Shown here piece by piece: positions 14,222 to 28,200 of a DNA stretch of 64,000 nt. The notes beneath the pieces are model-generated. The model searched no databases and was not told the origin of the DNA. It saw only the letters and a list, made by a program, of their open reading frames with translations. Within the stretch, counting starts at the first letter, position 1. Every line of letters starts with the position of its first letter. The DNA lies in NCBI GenBank assembly GCA_050084515.1, contig CM114271.1, forward strand, positions 22,196,001 through 22,260,000. Reading direction: 5' to 3'. The DNA comes from Blasia pusilla (Eukaryota). Both the position numbers and the translations under genes were made by a program.

Positions 14222-14499
14222 CAGCAGACCCGTGGGTATGCTAGCTCAAAATCAATTTAAAACGGCACTCCAAAGTCGTGAGATCTAACTATGGAAGATA
14301 AATCTTAGAGGATACGCCTATTCTACTAAGAGCTTGTGAGTCTACGAAGGCTGGGAGGGAGGAAGTAAGAGAGTCTCATTGAATTAAGTTGAATCGAAGA
14401 ATGAGAGAGGTCCACTTGAGTGATTGTGAGTGGCCTCACAAGTGCTCATGTTGAGTTAGTAATTCACGCCAACATGCGTCTCCAAGGTTGTATAGACAT

Positions 14500-15450
14500 T
14501 TATCGGTATATCATAATGCGTTAGGGTATGGAGAGCGATCATCGACCAATGTTTTCCCCCCTGGGAGTGACAACTCCCAGAGGGAAAAAAAAGGAAAACA
14601 ATGTCACCTCTTACGACCTGTCGGAGGCGACAAGGGAACGCTGTGTGGCCTTCTTCTCTATTCGGATTTGGATCCAGTTGCGTTTGGCGAAGCAACAGGA
14701 TTGGTGCACTCGCCGTGCGCTTTTGCAGAACACGACGGGATTTTGGACGAATCAGAAGGTGTGGACACGGCCCGCGCAGGTCATGTCGGAGGACGCCATT
14801 CTACCACAAAGACGGAATTCTTCGGATTTTAGGACGTCACGACTTCTGTGACTTGCTCCAGCAGCGAAGATACCGTGTTTTCATGCTGCTTACCCGGAGA
14901 GAAATAATCGCCTGCCTCGGCAACCAGACAAATATACTATTGATCATAATACCGAGAATTTCATCACTTAACCGCAAAGTAAAACCTCTCGTAGATTTGC
15001 TTGCAATTGAAGGAGTTTTGCTTGTGCTTTCTTTTTTTCCGTGACGAAAACTGACGCTCATGAGAGTAGTTATAGAAGTTGGCATTCAAGCGTATCCACC
15101 CATGCTAATGTAGCGAGTTGCTGGTCAGCGGGTTCGCCTCTCATCTTTTGAAGGAGTCCTCACATTGTCATATTTCTTGGCCAAGAGGAACACCCTTCTT
15201 GTGTCAGGCTCAAGAATAGCGCGAGTATCGACTAAGATTCTCGGCTCCGCTTCTTGAGAAGAGGCTGATTTTGACTTCGAAATCGTAAGCGTAAGGCTTT
15301 TGGTGGTGCCACGAATCCGCAAGTGACGGTGACATCAATCCAAAGTCGATTCCATGTTGATCTTACAATTCGAATTTTGGGTAATAAGATCCTGTGGACA
15401 CTCTCACTGATCTTCTAGTATCACAATTATCTAGACGTGATCTTGAGTAT
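14500..15450 (+). mobile_element. Possible decayed L1-like LINE 3' fragment
   Basis: WIQLRLAKQQ/..IGALAVR resembles the W..LC..K..GGLG block of plant L1 ORF2. Otherwise highly degenerate. Confidence 0.3.
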
Positions 15451-15597
15451 GGAGGATTCGGCTCTCCGGATATTGTGCTTTGTGGCCAAGCTCCGAGAGA
15501 CGGCGTTTCCTTACGAAGGATAATACTCTACATCTAGCACGCTACTCTCGGAGTCGATCTTCCACCGGTCCTACAACAGAAATGTACGAATCTCAAC

Positions 15598-18574
15598 TCA
15601 ATGCGCATCAAAATGTTTCAAGTAGAAGTCGGTGAGATGCGTCTTGGCTTCCCCCAAGATGAAAACTGCAAAAATGATTCGTTGCATACGAGGAATGATG
15701 CCAGAGTAAAATGCTCGTATTCCTCTTTCCTTCCAAAGAGTCTTGGCCGTTGACGATGCTGTCCTGCAAAAGCACTTAAGATCATCCACTGCAGTGTATA
15801 GGTCTCGAGTTCCACGTCGACATGTTGGTGCTCCACTTCCTAACATAATCATTCTAGCGAAGTCATTGTTTTTAGTTCAGCACCACTATCTACTATCTAA
15901 GAGAAGTGATCTCATGGCTATGCACATTTCTGCGCATCTCTATTCGTTTAGTTTGAACATGTAAGTTGAATACGATGCACAACCGCTCCGCATAAAATGG
16001 TTTTTTTTTCCCGGTTGTGTTTCGAAAACAATCGTTCCATCCATCGTCGTGTGTTCAACAATTATTCTATCCTCCGTTAATAATCTCGAACGCGTATATT
16101 TCTGTTTTAATATCTATTTTTTAAATGCCATGCGTCAAATTTTGGATGACTAACAAAAAACTTATAGATGAGAGCATTTTCTAGCAATGTGGAAGACATG
16201 ACTTCCCCACTCCTAACTACTCTACAAATAGTCAAAGTTCGTTTGTACTCCTAACAAATCCACTTACGTAACTATCCACAATCTAATTGTATGAATCATG
16301 TAGTTTTGTAATGGCTACTGTGCAGTGGTTCAATCCTGCTCTAATTTTATAAGAATGGATGGTGGGACTTTTCTTACCAGGTCAACGATGTGGCGAATAA
16401 AATGTACCTGTAGTCTGGCAAGCTTAGATTTGCTTGCATCCGGGTCTTCATGGTATCAAACGGATGAGTGACAATTGTTGAAATTGAGCCGGATACAACC
16501 GCAGCAGTGACCGTTGTGAGAGTGGGTCGATCTCTGAAGTTGGCAGCAGAAGTCCTCGTCAACTTCTCTTGCAAAAGAGGGTTTACACCTAGGTATGCCG
16601 CTGTGAAAACACCTTCTCTCACCACAGTTGGAGGCTGATCAGAATACCAGTTAGTGGCAACAGTCAGTAAGCCAAGACTTGTGGTAACCAAGAAATTTGT
16701 GCAGGACCTTAGTCCTGCTTATGGTGTGGAAAGAAAGCTTTTGGATAGAGTCATGTATTGTAAATTCAGCATGTTTCTGTGCGGTTGGAATATTTCAAAG
16801 GGTCAGGCAGTCTCAGAATGCGGAACGGGCATTGGAACAGATTGGGGGAGACCTTTCTAATGTTATGGTTGCTGCCATTGAAAGGGTACTGTGCTCTTCA
16901 TAGTTGCGCGTCCCAAACTAAAATGTCTTCCCTTTTCGTGAGTGACAAACTTTACCCTTTCAAAAGTCGAGGTACACCAGAAGAAAAAGGCTGGAGGTGT
17001 CCTAAACATATTCGTGGTAACGCAAGAGAAGGTTTCTGTGGGCTGAAAGTGTGGCGAGTGAATCTTTCGGAGTCGGTCCAGATTTTGAATCCGGACTAAC
17101 TCCGAAAGAACTGTCTGAAATATATTTACATCTCGGGAGTCCAGCTTGAACCCGGACAAATCTTTACGAGAAAAAATGAAACTTGAAAACAAAATGGTAC
17201 GAACAAAACAATCCGGAAGCCAAACTCAAAATTTCGGGCACCTCTTTGAAATGCCGATTGAAGTAGCTTTGATTAGAATGTGAAAAGCTAGAAACAGGTG
17301 TAAAATGTGAATCCCTGATCAGAACAGATAGTGAAAATTCTGCTGAAGCGAAGTAGCACTGTGACAGAATCTTGAGCCAAATTCCGTATTTTTTGAGTGC
17401 CACTGGAGTATTCATAATTGAACTGGTTAAGGACGGAAAGACACTTTTGGAGAGAATGAACGAATAGATTGATTGGTCCACGAGAACTCTGGAGGGCATT
17501 GAGACTTGAACTTACTGTAAAAGTGGGCAGAGGACAGAGCGATGGGCAAAGTTTGACTAATTTCTTGCATGATAAGATACACTTTCAAAATTAGAAAAAC
17601 AAACACTGCAGATCATCAGGATGCCGCTTGAGACGAACGGTTCGCACCATTCCTCGAAAGAGAGAGAGAAATCCGTGCTTGTTTATCACTGTCTGAACCT
17701 GTTTGATCAGGCTCAAGCCTGTTCTCTGTTGTTGGATCATGAGGAGCTCCGCAGGGCCGGAGCACGAGGCTGAGACCATTCCTGCTACACCAGCCATGGA
17801 TCCCTTTTGAAGAGGTGTTGGCGGATCTGCAAGCACATGTGACGACCCCAGGCCTTGAGGAATATCGACCTTGAAGGCAGGGACTTCGAAACGTTCAGAA
17901 TCAGCTGACGTGATTTTGGCAGGAAGGCTTACTTGGTATGCTCTTCTCTAGAAAGCTGTTCACTCCGAATTGTAAAGCACTGACCGGAGCTATACTCCCT
18001 GCATTGACTATGAGTCCCCTGTACAAAACTCGAGGATGGAAATTGAGAGGCTTCTTATCCTGCAAAGCCATCATGGTTCAAAAAGTTATCTAAACAATTT
18101 ATGAGCACAGCTACCTAAAGTTTTAGAGCGCTTGACGTGTAAGAGCAATGCACCATCAGTAGGACGTCACGAGCTTTTAAAAGAGACACGAGCGATTATT
18201 GTCAAAGCGGACATCTGCCACTCCTTTTCGCAGTGGATTTCTAAATCGAAGGCAAGCTCATCCGTCCACCCCCTGTTACCACCAAATTCTTTACGATCTA
18301 GTTTTACTCTGACAGTTTTTTCATGGCCCTGTCCCGGAACCAGCGTGTCGGATCAATAGGGATTAGGTTATCAGGTGGTCTATCTGAATCAAGTATTTGA
18401 AGTTTGTGGTGATTAGTTTTTCTCCGAAAGGAGATCGTATCAGAGACAGAGTTTTAGAACTACCTGAATGGCATTCTTGATAGAAACAGAGGGTTGTTGA
18501 AGGATTACTTCAATAATACCAGAGAGTGCCCCAATACCGGCGGATTCCATGGAATTCAACTCACGCGGAGGCAT
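15598..18574 (-). CDS. Mitochondrial carrier family (SLC25) protein, 5 exons, 269 aa
   Basis: Exons 18574-18464, 18059-17933, 17826-17648, 16634-16408 and 15763-15598 all have GT/AG borders and sum to 810 nt in frame. Three carrier repeats: QPSVSIKNAIQ...LYRGL, GPAELLMIQQQ...LFRGM, HPFDTMKTRMQ...FYSGIIPR. Confidence 0.93.
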
Positions 18575-18899
18575 ATTGAGCCCTTAGATCACCTGACTGG
18601 CGATCTACAACATCAACTCGACCAAGATGGCGGAAATGTTTCAAAACCAGGACTCGTAAGCAACGACACCATATAGTTTTCTTCTGTTGGTAAAGGTCAT
18701 ATCCCCGGACATTAATCCAGGGAATTTGCATCACAGACAGATGCGCTAACTAGATACTTGTGTAGAAAGAGTGGGATCTACTTTCTTCGTCAAGGACGCG
18801 GGCAGTCCGAAAGATTTCCTTCACAAGACGCAGGACAAACAACGGCGTACACGATTGGGGCACGCCACGGTAGGTTGTAGTACTGCGTACTGGTTCAAA

Positions 18900-21800
18900 A
18901 TCTGATGCGTAAGTGCTGCAAGTACGGAATCACCAATCATCCTTGAGATGCTCGTGAAGGGCGCTCCTCCATACCGTTCTCGTGCATAAATTTACTTCAT
19001 TTCAATCAATGTCGACACAGACGTACTCTGTAAGGTTGTATTAACATCCATCGTACAGATCTCACTACCATCCACAACAGATTCACAGGAATTTTTTGTA
19101 AAACTGACAAATCATCAATCGCAACCACTCCAAGGAGTCTCCAGATCCGCTGTTTCCCGATTGTGACCAACTGAGAAACGATTCAAATATCTACATGACA
19201 TCTCACGGAAAGACGTTGGATTCATCAAGAAGCCGAGCCTTCGTCCCTCTCTCTCCGCATTGTGCAAGTAATTGAGGTCCTACTTCAATGACAGTACACA
19301 TCTCTGGTAATGAATTTCAGTTTCTGTTCAAGCGATTCATTCCATTTCGATTCTGTCACCTGAAGGTGCCTTCTGATGGACATCAACAGAACGTTCTTAC
19401 AGTACGATAGGGACATGTTCTTGTAGGAAGTAGAGGCCGAAACTCTGCCTCCGTCTGGAGGCGTTTCGTGAAGTACAGTGCGAACGGAACGTGTACTTGT
19501 AGACACGTGAACCAAAGCCCTAATCGCGTTGAGCAAGCCCTTCTTCCTCGCTCGGAGGATGAATTTGTGTCCATGATCTCGTGCTGGGATTGATGTGAAA
19601 ACGGTCAGGGAATGGTGAGTTGGAATGGCAATGAAGAAGGCAGGAGTCCGTCCGTTATGCGTGGATCGCCAAAAGCAACTGCTGTTCGACCGCCGCTACG
19701 GATGGGTGTAAGTACTAATGTTCTTTTCTGGTGCCTTAGTTTTGTGATTACTTCCTGGAATCCGCCATCTATTGAGGTCAGTGATTCTCATGGCTTGCCG
19801 CTGCGGAGTATGGATTGACATACGTGTTTGAAGAAAGATTGTAAAAGCAGAAGTCGGCCAGAATTGTTAAAACAGTTCGCTTCTCCAGAGGCGTGAGATT
19901 CTTTCGTCAGTTTCTAAGTTCCCGCGCCTGTTCATGTGACATCGTTGTCCCTAGTCTCCCCAGAGGGTGTGAGCTCCCACTCTAAATTATCGATTTGCGA
20001 TGTTGAATTTGATTTGTGTACCGTAGTTATGAAGAATGGACAGATCCAATCGAAGTGGCAAATATCGGAGGTCGAGGAATGTGAGTAGACGCTTATCCTA
20101 AAATGGTTTGGGTCGCTGCACTGTGTCTGTCAAGTTGGACGTGTGTTTGCAATTTATGAAATATGAAAGCAACGCGAGTTTGTGCGTAATCTCGGCAGAA
20201 AGGAGGGTGTTTTAGATACGCAACTGCAGGTCTTAGTTCGAGCTCTAAGTTTTGCAAAAGAATTGAATGTCCATTTCTCCTTCATTAAGTTGTTTATTTT
20301 TGGTTCTGGTCAGTCCATATGAAGTTCCAATGCTAACGTTGACTTCGGCAAAGAGTTGATGGAGACGTTCAAGAGGACTAGATTTGGGAATTCAAAATCT
20401 GTCAGTACATTGCTCGAGTTTGTCCAGACATGAACACGCTATTATGGTAAGCATGATTAGTGGACCGATTTGTTCGGAGTACCTCCATCAGAAAAGAAGT
20501 CACCCCCAGGGCTCCTTGGCTGACTGAAATTTATCTCTTGGATCAGGTTCTCTTTGGTACCCTTGACTGCATCCACTTTGGACGGAACCCTTCATCTGGT
20601 ATGAATCATTCTGATCCATGAGTTTAACCATTGGCTCTATTCGGAGCTGGAAGTCGCTTCATGTTCGCCAATTTCTTGTGTTGAGTACATGCTATCAAGT
20701 ATTGTCGTTGCTATGGGGTCTATGGAGGTGTGAGACACGTCTGACCTTTTTCTGTAGTTCAGAGGTCTGATTGGGTCAGGTGGACACGTAAATGGAATTT
20801 TTGCAGGCAAATCGTGCTGCAGATTTAATGGTGCATACTGTACAGAATCGTGAGGAAATAACGTTAGAGCTTCACAACAAAGCTAGGGCCCTTAGAAACA
20901 GGACGTCCCAGGAGTGGAGAAAACTGATTCGTAAAGTTTCGTCTGTTGACCTGAAGTCGATATGTGATGCACCTGGAAGGGTTTTCAAGGAGTCACCACT
21001 GCAGATGCTTCCGATTTTGAGACCACCTTCTCCCAGGACTACCAATGCAACGAATTTGGAATCGGGGGATGTTAAAGATGATTAAATGTCAGTGTACTTT
21101 ACTACAGCAGGACAGTGGTCCAGAAATGGCTGGTCGGTTGGCACCGTGGTTGTATATACGGTGAAGGGTTTCTTGGCCTGGTCACTGGTGTGCACCGATC
21201 ACTTGCTGTCATACCTACCGGAGAGATATTTCCAGAGATGCTGTAGGATTGGCAGATTAGAAACAATGTCGTACTCGTTTGTAGTCAATGCATGCGAAAG
21301 AATAGAAGATGTGCAGCTTTTGTTTACTGCAGTGTCCACATGGTCTCACATCAGCCTCCGTTTGAGCACCTAAGGACACTACTCTCTAGACTCTGCGCTA
21401 CGCTGCCTGTCACAGAGGGATCTATTGGCTGTATGGTAATTTCTTAGGCTCGATTCTCTGGTTGATTGGGAGATCCCCAGGAGACGGTTCACACATTATG
21501 AAACAGAAGACGAGGAAAGTCCATCGTTGGGACAGCTATGGAAGTATCTTCAATCCAGATGCGCTAATCTAATCCCCGTAGAGTGAGTGAGTTGTCATCC
21601 TTCCGTAGCGTAGCCTGTAATTCGTCATCTTGCAAGGCCATGGCGTCCAGTACCCACCGCAGGGTTGGCAAGCAACCCAATGGGGCCCATACCGTGAGCG
21701 AGTTGGGGAGACATGATTGGAGACGGATGTCCGAAGTTTTATATAACACGAGCGGCATTAGTTTAGGAGTCTTAGGATGCGGGAATCTATGTGGTAGGAT

Positions 21801-22720
21801 ACCCACCTTATTCTCCCGCACGGCCGGTGAGTCCTCCGTCTGCAGGACCGACGCCAAGATAGGTCGCCAGATGGCCTACGATACCCAAGTTTCTCTCGAA
21901 CTCGTGAAAGTGTTTCTGTCGTGTCGAACTCGTGAAAGTAAACGATGTGGTTCAGCAAATCGCTTCTCACGTAGTTGTCCTGAATTTTAGTCTTCGGAAG
22001 AAGTTGGCATTAGTATCCTAGGGAGACAGGAACGAACCTCTCCATAACTGGAAGTGGTCAAATGAGCACGGTTGGTGCACGGCACGGCTGGTTCGAGTTG
22101 GTGTAGAGGTACTCGATGCGTGTCAACCAGAAAGAAAGCAAACAGTCACGAAGATCGCTTTCCTATGCGCCTTTCGAGACGTCTGGACTACCTCATGATG
22201 ACAGGTCCTCCGCACAAATAACTTGCAAATGTTCCCCCTCTACAGATAGAAGCCTAGGCGAGATCCGTACCACTGCAGCACGACCTGTCTATCTGCCTGC
22301 ATATGCTTGGGTTCGCCAGAGGATTATTCAGCTTGTTAGGAACGGTGGGTCATTGACGTCCCCTATCTGACGGTCGTCTCCATCGGTAGCTGGGAGGTAT
22401 GCCTTTCACGTTACCATATGAGCGCTCGTTTGACCGCGTTGGACGACCAGGCCTGTCGTGGATACCCCACAAGTATGGGCTTCCGTATGGAGAGAAGAAA
22501 AGAAACCAGAGCTCCTGCACTGGAAGAAACTGCGTCGGTGGAAAAGATCCCGTGCATGAGCGTTTGCCGTAAGATTGATCCCCGTTCACTCAACATGAAA
22601 CTCGTGCGCAGCTCGAGTACCACGTACATCTATGAGACCGCACCTACGTGTACTCTTGTAAGCCGCCGCGTTGAACTGCACAGGAGATCTGTGCAGCTCA
22701 ACGCGGTTTCCATTAACCTA
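18900..22720 (-). mobile_element. Highly degenerate L1-type LINE
   Basis: Fragments in ORF1-EN-RT order: CxxC..H knuckle-like relic at ~22210, endonuclease-like stretch 21564-21857, SPG.D-like relic at ~20500, LIPK at ~20385, SGRLLLL at ~19850. No intact ORF; boundaries approximate. Confidence 0.6.
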
Positions 22721-23223
22721 ACAAGAGTGGGACTTATGGGAAAATTCCATCCCTTAAACCCTCACCTCCGGCAGGGGTTAGGGGATGGTTTTATATTTTT
22801 AATGTTTAAAAAGATAAAAATATAACAAATTGTTGTGGTATTGTGAGAATTAGATCTTTTTGAAAGGGTGCCGGAATAATTTAGATCCTTTTTAAAGGGC
22901 GTGGGAATAACTGAAAATTTTTATTAAAAAAATCACATTATATTTGGGTCTTAAATATTGTGGAGGTAATTCGATTTTTTAAGAAGTGTTTGACATCGGG
23001 TGATCTAAAAAAATGTTTCATATATTACGAGCATGAAGAATTTTTTTTAAATTTTATATGTAATAATTTTAATTTATTATTTTCACGGAAAATATTTTAA
23101 TTCTTCAAACACCTTTTTTATTTCTTGCACATAAATGAGATCTCATTTACAAATAGTTGAATTAAAAAGAAAAAGAAAAAAAATTATAACAATTTAACAC
23201 TTGCCTTTTGAAAATTCTTTTAA

Positions 23224-23300
23224 TCTATATTATAAAAAAAACCTCCTTGATGATGTTGACAAGTAGGCGTTTTGAAGCGGCTGGGCGTTAGAGCCAAAGC
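23224..23300 (+). mobile_element. Helitron-type 5' terminus; matching 3' end not identified
   Basis: A|TCTATATTATAAAAAAAACC...TTGACAAGTAGGCGTTTTGAAGC parallels the 5' end of the complete mini-Helitron at 52916 (TCTATACTATTAAAAAA...TTGACACATATGCATTTTAGGC). Confidence 0.55.
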
Positions 23301-25266
23301 CCGTGGCATTGAATGCAAGCCCCGGTCGCCCTACATGGACGGGTTCCCCCCCTTGGGCGGGTTAAAGTTGCTTTAGCTTAAGCCGTAGATGGGTTAGCTT
23401 AAGCGGGTTTAGGCTACACGGAGAACGTAATCGCTTGCCTCCGATATCCGAACGGGGATTGCCAGTTCCGTCATTTACCATGGTCATGACTACGGAATGC
23501 ATCTACATGCATCCATCATGGTTGATCTTGGATCATGCCCTTGCCTCCATCATCATGTGTGGCAAAATTCAAATTTGAAAGGTTTAAAAAGGTTTGGGGA
23601 CGCTGGGACAGGGTATTTCGTGGTGACCTCGTTTCTGCTTGTCATGCCGCCCCGCCACCATGTGCTCCTATCGCTGCTCGTTTATGGTCGCTCTCCATCA
23701 CAACGTTGTTCCATTGGGGCTCCGTTGCTGTTGCTATCGTTCTTGTTTGCTCAGGTGATTCACTGAAGTAGTTCTGATTCTGCTCAGATTTTTTTGTTTT
23801 GGTGTGTTTCCGCACCTTGGATGTTTTGCCTTGATGTGCACCTTTGTGCGGATGCCGATGTTTTCATATGTTTTCCGCACCCTTGCTTGCAGCGGATTTG
23901 AATTGCAGCTCGTCTGTTTGAATCAAAAGTGTTTGCAACGCTGGCATTCTCTATCCATTCTCTCCACTGCAGATTTCGATGAGGGAGCTCAATCGATTCC
24001 AAATTTGAGGCCCAGGACATGGGCAACAATCCGGCTGTAACTCATGTTCTTTAGGAGCGTTTTTCAGCTCATGCTTCGAACCGTATTGTTCAACTGTAAT
24101 CAATATTAGCTTCTGATGGAAGAATGTGTACTTACCATGTTTCTTCCTTCCATCTACGGGCCCTATATTTTTGCAGGTTCTTCATATGCATCACGCCGTC
24201 CTGCAAGAACAAAAATTCGTGTATGTGGAGTTGGAAACAGCCACAGTCCCCCACATTGAGTTTTTTCGGTAGAGATTTGCCAACGCCGCGGCGCGCCGAT
24301 TATCCGCTTCTATTTGCGTCCTCATCTTTTCAGCCAGGATTTGTTTTTGCCTGACACTCGAGCGGAATGCGTTTTGCATTAATCCTACAGCAACCATTCC
24401 ACATTCCTTATCCTGGCTAGAGTCCTTTCCACATCCTATGCTTTACGTTAACGTTGCTACTCTGCTCAACTCCTATTGGTCCGTAGCTTTGATGAAGCAA
24501 TAGCAGTTGGCTCCAAGGCCCGGAAAACCTTATTATCTTTACAACTTCACACCATTTATTATTGAACATACATAAGTAGAAATGTTGTTACACTTGTAGC
24601 TGCTGGATCATTTCCTTTTTGTATAGGTAACCTGAGAATCAATTTCATTGCATATGGAATCTCTGCTGTAATCCCTCAAAGATGAAGTGGAATGGTGTCC
24701 TCGGGAAGTGGAGTATTGCCCACTAAAAGGTAATTCAGGATTGGAATCCATGCCACATGCATTGTTTTGAATGATTTTCAGGATTTATGGCATTATGTTC
24801 ACCACACAAAACAAGTGGTTTCAGAGTAGCTTAAAATCCCCGAAGGAAGGAACAAAAAATGGTGAAGTTTCGTGAGGTAGTTCTGCATGGAGGATGACAT
24901 TCACATACAATGGTAACCTAAGAATCGTATCCTGAGTTAAGATCACATGTGGTTCTCACACATAAGATATTTTTATTATGGACAACTTCTGAAGTATGTA
25001 AGGAACAAAAACAAATATATTGAACATTATAATGTACCGTGGAATGGTGTCCATCACATTCAGGTGACTGTCGACAATTCAGAAGACGTCATTCTTCATA
25101 TTGAATAAAATACAAAAATTAATAGAATAAATACAATTCTCGATCTCCTTTATGTCCCAACTCCAAAATGTTCATGAAAATTCTGCAACAAAATTTCATC
25201 CATTACTTCCTAAAAGGATAGAATGTCATGTGATATTCAAAATTCTTCGTGCCTGCTCCACTTACA

Positions 25267-28200
25267 CTACGTGTTTGTACACGTTGATGAGGCAATGGCT
25301 GCTTCTCTATCAAGTTGGGCTTGTGGGCCCAACTTTGTTTTTCTAGACTTTGCTCTGGGGAATAAAGATAGGTCAGTGAATGAATTTGGGTTTTGCCTAT
25401 CATTCTGGTCTGTCATGGATCTTGTAGATCTTCTTCTACGTCGGGACCAACGTTCAATGTTTGATTGAACTCGTGTAATGGAATTATTGTTCAGGAATCC
25501 ATCTTGAAAACTGGAGAATGGATTACCTGGTTGAGGTGTCAACCCATTTTCAGCTGCTATTTTTGCAGACTCGATCCTTCCACTCAGCTCCTTCAAAGCC
25601 CTTGCAGTTAAAGTAAGAAGGCGAGCATTGTGAACACAGGAAAGTCGTATGCTTGAGAACAAGTCGTCAATTTCTTCAATAGTGGAGTTTGTTACAGGGT
25701 TTGCACAGTCCGATGATAATCGACATCCTGGTGGAATGGTGTCTATGTGCCAACACCAGAGATGGAAAAAAATTAGTTTAGCAGTAGCCACCACTAATAT
25801 CAAATCCCATGTTGAAATATGAACATATTTATGATCTTGGAAGTATTCATGGCCTGCATGTAGAAGTATACATGACCTTATTCTTGAAGTATACATGACC
25901 TGGTTCTAGACCTGATCCTAGAAGTATACATTACTTGATCCATGACGTAAACATGACATGGTCCTAGAAGTAGACATGCCTTGATCCCTGAAGTTTACAT
26001 GACCTGATCCACCAAGTATACATCACTCGATGTTCACTATTGTTATTTACCTCCATTTGGATGCATGTCAAACATCTCAGGTTGGCATGGATCATTCTCC
26101 AATTCCTCATTCGATTGTCGTGTTATGAGCTTGAGATGAGCCATCCCACTCTGTCTTGTTCCTAACCTTGTTCCCAGAATCTTCACCAAATCTGCTTCAT
26201 TGTAATTTTCCTTCAATAAAGAACAATGCATTTTGGCATACTTTTAAAAAAAAGTCAGTATAATATAATACCAATTTTAGTACATATGTAAAGTAATATG
26301 TTCAATTCACTTTGAAAAGAAGGAGAATATAAGAATGTAAGAGGCCCTTACAATATGCTTGCAAATGTTCCCCTTTAGAGACCATGGACAGTCACAATGA
26401 CCCCACTCTGTATCGTAGTTGTAGACTTCATACCATTTATTCTCCAATGTCTGACTCCTAACTCTTGCCATACTCACCTCCCCCCTGGTGCGTATGATCT
26501 CTACATCACTACCAGAAATTGCTTTCCCTTTCAAAACAACGTTGTTTACATATTTTTCATGTGTCGCATTTGTCACAAATCCTCTCCTTTTCAACAAGTG
26601 GACGTGGAAATACCATGCCTCAATGTCATTGATGAGTTTCCAAACTAGGTAGTCCCCTCTTCTCTGTGATAATGTTTTGTGGTCATCATGTAAGATAGCC
26701 TTCATGCTTCCATGATAGTTCTCAATTGCCACATTCCTGTCTTGATTTGCATGAGGATAGTCCCTTGCTGCTTTTACCCACTTTGCTGAAGTCATTGCAC
26801 CAATGAGGAAATGTTAATTCAAATTTGAATGCATAATTGAATGCGACAACCAAACTCAAAGTCAAGAAACAACAATGATACTCACCAATCTTGGGTTCCC
26901 AATATGTTTGTATGTACTTTACAAACTTTGACTCCGCTTGATAGTCTTCATAGAATTTCTCTAGGTCCCTCTTTGCGTCATTCAAAATGACTTGTCGTGT
27001 GTATGTGCCACATCGATTCACATACATGATGTCTCCTAACCTTCGCGACATTTCAGCTCTCATGCCATGACTACGCACCTTTTTCTTCAACTGCTTTAAC
27101 CAGTCATGCCGTACATGCCATAGACATAGAATGATGTGTGCTGTTGGAAATATTGCCCTGTTCAAAGGGTTCCAATCATTTAGTCTGCATTAGAAAAGAT
27201 AGAATCGCTTCTATGTTGGTGGAATGGTTTCCCTTCTTGAGGAAGATTGGTTTCCTACATGTTGGAAAAATAATGAATACAACTTCATATGCATAGCTAA
27301 TCTTTCGCTTAAAGCACTCATACCATAGAAGGATATTGATGTTTGTTGGCGGAAATGATTTTTGCAACGGTGGAATGGTTTCTTCCACCGTGAGAGTAAA
27401 TGTGAGAAGATTATCCTATCCAAATCTGATTAACCCATCATGCCAATTTTCGTTAATGAATACAGAGGAATTTATTCTCACCTTAATGCATTCTCGCTCG
27501 CCAAAGCGTCGTCAACAATGATCGCATTTGGTTCCCAATTCGGTTGGATGACTCTACATTTATCCAAGATAGCTTTCAACCACTTTCCCAAATACACTTC
27601 TTTTGCACTAGATGTGAGAACCAGGCCACGGGTATCCCCGAGTGGTGATCATCAAACACCAACAAAGTATATAGGGAAACTACAAAACATCAATACAAGT
27701 GTTAGTACCATGATTATATGGAATCATTTTTACATGAATGAAAGTAATAAGAAGACTTACTTCACATGAAATATCTCTTCAACAAAATAAGTAAGAGCAA
27801 GTACCCATTGCGATTTGTGCCAAATGTGCTATCCATGCTCAAAGCGCTGCCATGTCCATACTTTACAAGAGCATTCAAGCGCCATTGGCTTTGGAATCCC
27901 AAAATGAATGGATGTGTCTCATCCATGTAAGGCTAAATAAATGAACACCTTTCAGGAAGAATACTCAACAAACAAGCTCAAGGACTCGTTCTCGCTCCTA
28001 GCATATAGAAATGTCTCCTCATTGAATTGTTTTTATGTTTCAGTATATCATGCATTTGCATGAAGTCATCTCAGGTCAAACTCTCTTCAAAGTTGGTATC
28101 CGTCAACGAGCGCTCTTTCAACATCTTTGAATGCTCGGCTTGGATCTGGTGGGGCTTAACCCCCAAGCGAAGCCTCTCTTTCACATAATTCTTTAGATCA

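Larger units (their letters stand above)
13175..14244 (+). mobile_element. Cluster of short non-autonomous Helitron-like repeats (family A)
   Basis: A shared 5' sequence approximating TxTATATTATTATTGGAGAGTGCCTTTT starts at 13175, 13310 and 14024, with another copy at 35215. The last copy here ends ACCC-GT-GGGT...CTAG at 14244. Confidence 0.55.

Noticed and set aside
22738-22790. GGGAAAATT start plus imperfect hairpin as a MULE TIR
   Set aside because: No inverted partner located on the other side of the transposase.
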